The position numbers were made by a program, and so were the translations under genes. Shown here piece by piece: positions 6,291 to 12,561 of a DNA stretch of 12,561 bases. Position 1 is the stretch's first letter; each line of letters starts with the position of its first letter. Source of the stretch: Nitrospinota bacterium (lineage in GTDB: Bacteria > UBA8248); NCBI GenBank assembly GCA_030754595.1, contig JASLZZ010000009.1:1-12561 (forward strand), written 5' to 3'. Under the pieces are notes generated by a model. The model made no database searches and was not told where the DNA came from. It saw only the letters and a list, made by a program, of their open reading frames with translations.

Positions 6291-7433
6291 ATGATGGATT
6301 TCTCTCTTCCCGAGAAGGCCCGGATGCTGGGCGATCTTTGCCGCGATTTCGCGGACCGGGCGATTCGCCCCCACGCGGCCGAATGGGATCGCGAGCGCCG
6401 GTTCCCGGTCGAGGTTTTCCGCGAAATGGGCGAACTCTCTCTCATGGGCCTGCTCATCTCCGCCGAGTACGGAGGAACCGATGTGGGCGCGGTGGCCTAC
6501 GCCGCGGCGATGGAAGAGGTGGCGGCGGCCGACAACGCGACCGCGGCCGCCTGGAACGCGCATCTGACGATCGGCAGCCTGCCCATCCTCTACTTCGGCA
6601 CGGAGGAGCAAAAGCGCCGCTGGCTTGCGCCCCTTGCGCGCGGGGAAAAATTGGGCGGGTGCGCCTTCACGGAACCGAACGCGGGCAGCGACTTGAGCGC
6701 TATCGAGACGCGCGCCGAGCGGGTGTCCGGCGGCTGGAGACTCCAGGGACGAAAAAATTTCATCACCAACGCGGGAACCGAGATGAGCCTGGGACCCATC
6801 GTCCTGGCCCGCACTGCGGCGGATCGTTTCGGTTTTTTCGTGGCACCCGCCGGAACCCCCGGTTTTGAGTTGGGGCCGAATCTCGAAAAGATGGGGTGGC
6901 GCTCGATGGATACGCGGGAGCTTATCTTCGATGAATGTCTGTTGCCGGGTGACCACCTGCTCGGAGAGAACGACGTCAACGGTATCCGCCAAGCGACCGA
7001 GACCCTCGCGATCGGCCGCATCAGCGTAGCGGCCCTCTCGCTCGGGCTGGCCCGGGCCTGCCTCGACGCCTCTCTCGCCTACGCCCTCGAGCGGGTGCAG
7101 TTCGGCCGGCCCCTCGCCTCTCACCAGGCAATCCGCTTCAAGCTCGCCAACATGGGGACCCGCCTCGAGATGGCGCGCCTGATCACCATGAAGGCGGCCT
7201 GGCTCTACGACCGGGGGGAGCCCTACCGCCAGGAGGCGGCGATGGCCAAGCTCGCCGCCTCGGAACTCGCCGTGGACGCCTCCCGCGAGGCAGTGCAAAT
7301 CCACGGCGGCTACGGCTACATCGAGGGGGAGTTTCCGGTCGCCCGCTACTACCGGGACGCCAAGGTTCTCGAGATCGGTGAGGGCACGAGTGAGATCCAG
7401 CGTATCATCATCGCCAAGGGACTGGGGTGCTGA
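6291..7433 (+). CDS. Acyl-CoA dehydrogenase (FAD-dependent), 380 aa; may start at the second ATG, 6294
   Basis: FTEPNAGSD, GRKNFITN, KMGWR, RVQFGRPL, AAMAKL, QIHGGYGY and EIGEGTSEIQR with the MCAD-type catalytic Glu position. SD GAGGAGG overlaps the upstream stop. Confidence 0.95.
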   Translation: MMDFSLPEKARMLGDLCRDFADRAIRPHAAEWDRERRFPVEVFREMGELSLMGLLISAEYGGTDVGAVAYAAAMEEVAAADNATAAAWNAHLTIGSLPILYFGTEEQKRRWLAPLARGEKLGGCAFTEPNAGSDLSAIETRAERVSGGWRLQGRKNFITNAGTEMSLGPIVLARTAADRFGFFVAPAGTPGFELGPNLEKMGWRSMDTRELIFDECLLPGDHLLGENDVNGIRQATETLAIGRISVAALSLGLARACLDASLAYALERVQFGRPLASHQAIRFKLANMGTRLEMARLITMKAAWLYDRGEPYRQEAAMAKLAASELAVDASREAVQIHGGYGYIEGEFPVARYYRDAKVLEIGEGTSEIQRIIIAKGLGC

Positions 7434-7533
7434 GGATGGAGGAGAATACTCGGTGAATTTACTGTGGTCCTGATTTCGCTCTGGTCCAGGGAAACACGGG
7501 AAAAACACATTCTTCCAGAGAAGGCGGCATAAA

Positions 7534-8433
7534 ATGCGTGCATTATTCGTACTCACTCCCCCGGAGTCCAAACGGTTCATCGCCAAGGCCGTGGCCCAAC
7601 TGCCCGAGGTCATAGCAGCCAAGGAAGATGGAGAGATTATTATCGCGCACGGCTCCACGAATGTGCGCGTGGCCGAGGAGATCATCGGCGAATGCCCCGA
7701 ACGCGACAAGTTTCTTTCGGGGCAGATCATAAACAGGATTTTGTGTCTGACACAGGCCGAAGAAAAGCCCCCCATCATCAAGATCAGTAGCGGTGAACTC
7801 GTTCCACCCGTATCGACCATGGAGGAGACGCTCGAGAATTTCGGTTCGGAATCCGTGTTCATCAAAGGGGCGAATGCCGTTGACCCCCAGGGAAACGTGG
7901 GGGTGTTCATGGCCCATCCATCGGGCGGGACCATCGGCTGGGCTTTCGGCATCCTCAGCGCCAGGGGGTCTCACCTGATCGTCCCCGTGGGGCTTGAAAA
8001 GTTGATTCCATCCGTCAAGGAAGCCGCACAAAATCTCGGGCAGGACACGTTGTATTACTCCACGGGAGTCAAAATCGGGATGTTTCCCATCATGAATGCG
8101 ACTGTGATCACCGAGGTGGAAGCTTTCCATGTTCTTTTTGGCCTTCATGCGGTTCACATCGGCGGCGGCGGCGTAAGCGGCACCGAGGGGTCCGTCGTCC
8201 TGGCGGCGGAAGGAGAAAAAGGGAACCTGAATCGTGCCATTGAACTTATCGAACCGATAAAAGGAGAGGCGCCGCTTCAACCGAAAAAATCCCAGTGCAT
8301 CAATTGCTTGCCTACAAGCCCGATCATGCTTACCAGCCCGGAAGCACAGTTCGCGGAAATTGAAAGCGACCACTGCATGTTCCAAGGGAGAAAAGACGTG
8401 GAACTTCCTGACTTTTTACACCAAGGAGTGTGA
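7534..8433 (+). CDS. Uncharacterised protein, probable RpiA/NagB/CoA-transferase-like fold with a C-terminal Cys cluster, 299 aa
   Basis: Long ORF in operon orientation with ordinary protein composition. Motifs IAHGSTN, IKGANAVD, GGTIG, VPVGLEKLIP, and C255xxC258...H280C281. The fold call is inference. Confidence 0.8.
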   Translation: MRALFVLTPPESKRFIAKAVAQLPEVIAAKEDGEIIIAHGSTNVRVAEEIIGECPERDKFLSGQIINRILCLTQAEEKPPIIKISSGELVPPVSTMEETLENFGSESVFIKGANAVDPQGNVGVFMAHPSGGTIGWAFGILSARGSHLIVPVGLEKLIPSVKEAAQNLGQDTLYYSTGVKIGMFPIMNATVITEVEAFHVLFGLHAVHIGGGGVSGTEGSVVLAAEGEKGNLNRAIELIEPIKGEAPLQPKKSQCINCLPTSPIMLTSPEAQFAEIESDHCMFQGRKDVELPDFLHQGV

Positions 8434-8514
8434 CTTGGCCTGCTCCGCGTTTGATGCTACGCGAATAAAAAGCCTCGGTGGCATCAGGAATTCCATTCAC
8501 GGGAGGAAAACCAC

Positions 8515-8904
8515 ATGAGCGACGAACTGAATGAAAGGCAAAAACAACTAAAAGCGAAATTTATCGAGGAGCGGGGATATTGGCGGGATGAACTGTGGGA
8601 GCCTATCCTCAAGATCGATCCGGACTTCTTCGAAGCATACCTGAATTTCTCGGCCGCTCCCTGGAAGAACGGCGTATTGCCTCCTAAGATCAAGGAGCTG
8701 ATCTACATCGCTATCGATTCTTCGACGACTCATCTATATGAACCCGGGCTCGGCCAGCACATCAAAAACGCGCTGAAATACGGCGCCACCAAGGAAGAGA
8801 TCATGGAAGTATTCGAGCTTACAAGCGTGTTGGGCATTCACACCATAACGATGGGCGTGCCCGTTCTCATGAAGGAACTTAAATTAGCCGAGGAGGGATC
8901 ATAG
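8515..8904 (+). CDS. Carboxymuconolactone decarboxylase (CMD/AhpD-like) family protein, 129 aa
   Basis: LPPKIKELIYIA and HIKNALKYGATKEEIMEV helical CMD signature. SD GGAGG upstream. Confidence 0.9.
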   Translation: MSDELNERQKQLKAKFIEERGYWRDELWEPILKIDPDFFEAYLNFSAAPWKNGVLPPKIKELIYIAIDSSTTHLYEPGLGQHIKNALKYGATKEEIMEVFELTSVLGIHTITMGVPVLMKELKLAEEGS

Positions 8905-9195
8905 CCGGCGCCGCGATGTTAATGGAGCCGCGGTCTGCCAATATCCGGCTCTCCCTCACGAGGCGCGAGGGACAAGACCACACTCATGTTGAACTGCGTT
9001 CGAGACAGGCTGGGAGACCACTCAAGAACTTGAATGATTTCGGAACATCCCAGGATACCCGCTGGAGCTTTTTGGGGTGGTGAGAGCTCGCCGTCCTGCG
9101 GAGAAAGCCGCCCGCGAACTCTTCTTTCTTGAATTCTCAGATTACATGGAATTATCAGAAGAAAATTCAACTCTCCTCATATCCCGCGGCTTTCA

Positions 9196-10590
9196 CTACC
9201 CTTCCTTGATAGCCGCAACTATATCAAGCGCCGCCTGCTGAGCGTCGGAGAAGAACATCAGGGTGTTATCGGCCGCGAAGAGCGGATTGGGAATCCCGGC
9301 GAAGCCCGCGCTCAGGCTGCGCTTAATAACCACGACGGCGCCCGCCTTGGATACCTCCAGGATCGGCATCCCTGCGATCGGGCTCGACGGGTCGGTGTTG
9401 GCCATCGGGTTGACAGTGTCGTTGGCCCCGATGACGAGGACAACGTCGGTCTGCGCGAAAGTGGGATTGATCTCGTCCATTTCCTTCAGTTTGTCATAGG
9501 AAACTTCCGCTTCGGCGAGGAGGACGTTCATGTGCCCCGGCATCCTACCGGCGACGGGGTGAATGCCGTACTCCACCTCGATATCACGCTCCTCGAGCAA
9601 GTTGGCCAGATCGCGCACAGCGTGCTGGGCGCGGGCCACGGCCATCCCGTAGCCGGGGGTGATGACCACCCGCCGGGCGGCGTCGAAGAGCATCGCCACC
9701 TCCTCGGCCGAGGCCGATTTCACCCGGCCCTCGTAAATTTCATCGGAGCTCTGCGTGGCCCCATCGGAGGCCTGTCCCCCCCCCATCAGGACGTTGACGA
9801 GAGAGCGGTTCATGGCCTTGCACATGATCTGCGTGAGGATGAGGCCCGAGGCACCCACCAATGACCCGGTGATGATGAGAGCGTTGTTCGCCAAGACAAA
9901 ACCCGTCGAGGCGGCGGCCAGCCCGGAATATGAGTTCAGCAGGCAAATCGCCACGGGCATGTCCGCCCCGCCGATGGGCAGCGTGAGGAGCACCCCCAGA
10001 ACCGAGGCCACGATCACCATCACCCAGTAGTAGACGACGGCGCCGGAGGGATTCGTGACGATCATCGCGCCCAGGACAAGCGAGCCGGTAAAGAGCGCAA
10101 TATTGACGAGTTGATGTCCGGGGAGCTGGACCGAGCTTTCCGTGAACAGCCCCTCGAGCTTGGCAAAAGCTATCAGGCTCCCCCAGAAGGTCACCGCGCC
10201 GATGATCCCCGACGCAACCGTGGCCACCAGGGACTGCCCCTGGGGTGCGCCGGTGGCGAAGGTTGTGGCGATCAGGGCGGCGCCCGCCACCACGACGGAG
10301 GCGCCCCCTCCGAAACCGTTCAGGAGGGCCACCATCTCCGGCATCGCCGTGATGCGGATTTTCAGCGCCAGGACAGCCCCGATCACCCCGCCGACGATGA
10401 AGCCAGCGATGATGATCTCGTAGCGAATAATGTTCTGGTCCAAAAGCGTGAGGACAATCGCGAGCAGCATCCCGAGCGCGCCGGTGAGATTCCCGCGCAC
10501 GGCCGTTCGGGGATGGCTCAGCCCCTTGATGCCGAGGATGAACAACGTAGCGGCCACGAGGTAGCCGAACTTGATGACTCCTGGGTTCAA
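9196..10590 (-). CDS. pntB: NAD(P) transhydrogenase subunit beta (TTG start), 464 aa
   Basis: Multiple TM helices. MPEMVALLNGFGG, IGGADMPV, LNSYSG, AMNRS, PGYGMAVA, IHPVAGRMPGHMNVLLAEA and IGANDTVNP motifs. SD AAGGAG. Confidence 0.97.
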   Translation of the reverse strand: MNPGVIKFGYLVAATLFILGIKGLSHPRTAVRGNLTGALGMLLAIVLTLLDQNIIRYEIIIAGFIVGGVIGAVLALKIRITAMPEMVALLNGFGGGASVVVAGAALIATTFATGAPQGQSLVATVASGIIGAVTFWGSLIAFAKLEGLFTESSVQLPGHQLVNIALFTGSLVLGAMIVTNPSGAVVYYWVMVIVASVLGVLLTLPIGGADMPVAICLLNSYSGLAAASTGFVLANNALIITGSLVGASGLILTQIMCKAMNRSLVNVLMGGGQASDGATQSSDEIYEGRVKSASAEEVAMLFDAARRVVITPGYGMAVARAQHAVRDLANLLEERDIEVEYGIHPVAGRMPGHMNVLLAEAEVSYDKLKEMDEINPTFAQTDVVLVIGANDTVNPMANTDPSSPIAGMPILEVSKAGAVVVIKRSLSAGFAGIPNPLFAADNTLMFFSDAQQAALDIVAAIKEG

Positions 10591-10594
10591 AGGA

Positions 10595-10876
10595 CTACTC
10601 CTTTCGCTTGAACATCATGAGCATTCGGTTTGTGACCAGGAACCCGCCGACGACGTTGATGGTGGCGAAGACGACCGCCAAAAACCCCAGAAAGGCGACC
10701 AGGGGGCCTTCGCTCAAGCCCGCGAATAGCAGAGCGCCCAGGACGGTGATCCCCGATATGGCGTTCGATCCCGACATGAGAGGCGTATGGAGGATCGGGG
10801 GGACCTTCGTGATGACCTCATAGCCCACGAACAGGGCGAGGACAAAAATAGTCAGCGCCTCGGTGATTCCTTCCAT
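10595..10876 (-). CDS. pntAB: NAD(P) transhydrogenase subunit alpha part 2 (membrane), 93 aa
   Basis: VPPILHTPLMSGSNAISG and INVVGGFLVTNRML motifs, hydrophobic helices, and position between alpha1 and beta. Confidence 0.95.
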   Translation of the reverse strand: MEGITEALTIFVLALFVGYEVITKVPPILHTPLMSGSNAISGITVLGALLFAGLSEGPLVAFLGFLAVVFATINVVGGFLVTNRMLMMFKRKE

Positions 10877-10887
10877 TTTACTCTCCG

Positions 10888-12057
10888 CTAGGTTGTGGTG
10901 CCGATGGAGTTTTCTATCGCCTCGCGCACCCTGGCGTTAACGATCTCGCCGTCCCGCGTCACGAGCGTATCCGCCACGATCTGATCCTCGGTGTCGATCT
11001 GAAACTCACCGTCCTTGACCATGTGCACAAAAAAGTTCGAGAGGCCCCTGGAGTAGAGCTGGCTCGCAGTGAAGGGAACCTCGGAAGCCAGGTTCACCGG
11101 ACCGTGGACGGCGACCCCACCCAAATCGATGCATTCCCCCGGCTTCGTGGGAGCGCAGTTGCCGCCGCGCTCGGCCGCCAGATCGACGACAATCGAGCCG
11201 GGCGCCATCCGCGTCACGGTTTCCTCGGAGATCAAGACGGGCGCCTTCCTGCCCGGAACGGCCGCCGTCGTGATGACGATGTCGCTCCCGGCCACGCCGT
11301 CCGCCAGCAGCTGTTGCTGCCGTTTTTGGGTTTCCTCGCTCTGGGCCTTCGCGTAACCGCCTGCGTCTTCGGCGCTATCGGCCACTTCCTCGAGCTCGAG
11401 GAATTTCGCGCCCAGGCTCTCGACCTCTAGCTTGGCGGCGTCGCGGATGTCGTAGGCCTCCACCAACGCCCCCAGGCGGCGGGCGGTTGCGATCGCCTGA
11501 AGGCCCGCCACACCCGCGCCAACCACGAGGACCCGAGCGGCCTTAATCGTCCCGGTCGCTGTCATCATCATCGGAAACAGCCGGCCGAAGTTGTCGGCGG
11601 CGAGAAGTACGGCCTTGTAGCCCATGACGGTGGCCATCGCCGTCAGGGCGTCCATGCTCTGCGCGCGGGATATCCGCGGGATGAGCTCAAGGGCGAAGGC
11701 GGTCACCTTCCGCTCGGCTAGGCTCTTCATCTCCTCGAGCGCCGTCAGGGGCTCGGAGAAGCCGACGACTACCTGTCCGGGCTTGAACAGCTCGAGGTCG
11801 GCCGCGCCCGCCTCTGGGTTCGCGCCCAGCGTGCGGACCTGAAAAATAGCGTCCGAGCCCGAGAAGACGCCAGCCCGATCAGGAACGATCCGGGCTCCGG
11901 CGCTTTCAAATTCCGAGTCCGAATAACCCGCCGCTACCCCGGCCCCCGCCTCGACGGCCACTTCCAGCCCCGCCTTAGTCAGGGAAAGAACCGAAGGAGG
12001 AACAAGCGCGACGCGACGCTCCCGGGGAAAGGTTTCCTTGGGCACTCCAATGGTCAT
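10888..12057 (-). CDS. pntAA: NAD(P) transhydrogenase subunit alpha part 1 (soluble NAD(H)-binding domain I), 389 aa
   Basis: IGVPKE..ERRVAL, PRISRAQSMD, GAGVAGLQAIATA, GGYAK and VDLAAERGGNC motifs. ATG 12057 follows SD GGAGGG and is preferred over the track's TTG 12069. Confidence 0.96.
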   Translation of the reverse strand: MTIGVPKETFPRERRVALVPPSVLSLTKAGLEVAVEAGAGVAAGYSDSEFESAGARIVPDRAGVFSGSDAIFQVRTLGANPEAGAADLELFKPGQVVVGFSEPLTALEEMKSLAERKVTAFALELIPRISRAQSMDALTAMATVMGYKAVLLAADNFGRLFPMMMTATGTIKAARVLVVGAGVAGLQAIATARRLGALVEAYDIRDAAKLEVESLGAKFLELEEVADSAEDAGGYAKAQSEETQKRQQQLLADGVAGSDIVITTAAVPGRKAPVLISEETVTRMAPGSIVVDLAAERGGNCAPTKPGECIDLGGVAVHGPVNLASEVPFTASQLYSRGLSNFFVHMVKDGEFQIDTEDQIVADTLVTRDGEIVNARVREAIENSIGTTT

Positions 12058-12129
12058 CTCACCCTCCAAAAACGCTCGTCACCCCTAGATACCGTGAACC
12101 TAGGAAAGAATAAAGGAAAGTTTATCTTT

Positions 12130-12144
12130 TGTCTTGGCAAGACA
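12130..12144. promoter_or_regulatory. Candidate operator palindrome upstream of the pnt operon
   Basis: Perfect 7-1-7 palindrome TGTCTTG-G-CAAGACA, about 70 nt upstream of the alpha1 start. Confidence 0.4.
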
Positions 12145-12473
12145 GCCGAATTCGAATGCTTTCCAAAATCAAGCAAATATCAATCTTCAATGCAAGAAGT
12201 TATCCCACGGCAACCTCATCCGGCGGGCGAGCAACCGACTTTCAACGCTGGTGTCGTCGGCCTCGACAATCAGAGGAGATTCCTGCTTGAACCCCTGTTC
12301 CCGGGCGAGGTGATCCAGTGCGTGAGAACCCATGAAATAGGCATAGAGCAGGACCGTACTTACGCCCCGGGGACTGTATATTTCATCTGCGTAAAATAAC
12401 AAAGATTTCGATAAAATATTCTACATTATGCGGCGGAACGGAGCAAAAAGAGGCTGGAATCTCTGTAACCATA

Positions 12474-12482
12474 TGATATAAT
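12474..12482 (+). promoter_or_regulatory. Extended -10 promoter element for a divergent gene
   Basis: TGATATAAT matches TGnTATAAT exactly and lies in an AT-rich segment. Confidence 0.45.
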
Positions 12483-12514
12483 TGGCCAAAATCGCCCGAG
12501 CGAGAGGATATCAG

Positions 12515-12561
12515 ATGCCCGGAGATGGTGGCAGCCAAAAAGAAGCCCTTCGGCCCAGCTT
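12515..12561 (+). CDS. Possible start of a gene running off the right edge (ATG 12515, or ATG 12525 in another frame)
   Basis: SD-like GAGAGGA precedes ATG 12515. Both frames are open to the window end and lie downstream of the extended -10. Too short to identify. Confidence 0.3.
   Translation, partial: MPGDGGSQKEALRPS

Noticed and set aside
5910..7952. 680-aa minus-strand ORF, and likewise 3533..4843 and 7543..8385
   Set aside because: These lie antisense to well-supported plus-strand genes and show no recognisable domains.
8965..9015. TTCGAGACAGGCT resembling an IS5 right end
   Set aside because: There is no TA/CTAG flank, no convincing transposase C-terminus and no match to the IS end at 110-138.
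12094..12399. 101-aa plus-strand ORF
   Set aside because: It has no SD, overlaps the pnt promoter region and reads like a shadow frame.
1..12561. CRISPR array, tRNA/rRNA, tandem repeat arrays, defence or phage genes
   Set aside because: No regularly spaced repeats or diagnostic motifs were seen on either strand.

Overview
GC-rich bacterial window with 11 complete genes. A minus-strand block encodes a zinc-dependent MDR dehydrogenase, an Amidohydro_2 metalloenzyme and a single-domain VOC protein that keeps the extradiol-dioxygenase residue set. It diverges from a plus-strand block: acyl-CoA synthetase, BDH-like MDR dehydrogenase, acyl-CoA dehydrogenase, an uncharacterised RpiA/CoA-transferase-like protein and a cysteine-free CMD/AhpD-family protein. 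That block converges on a three-gene proton-translocating transhydrogenase operon (alpha1, alpha2, beta). The ORF track misses the left end and first 24 codons of an IS5-family transposase at the left edge. The most intriguing non-coding signal is a ~220 nt, highly structured leader before the CoA ligase, in which a 5' segment competes with a terminator-like hairpin (riboswitch/attenuator-like). All calls come from motif reading by eye; no searches or folding programs were run, and substrates are unknown.
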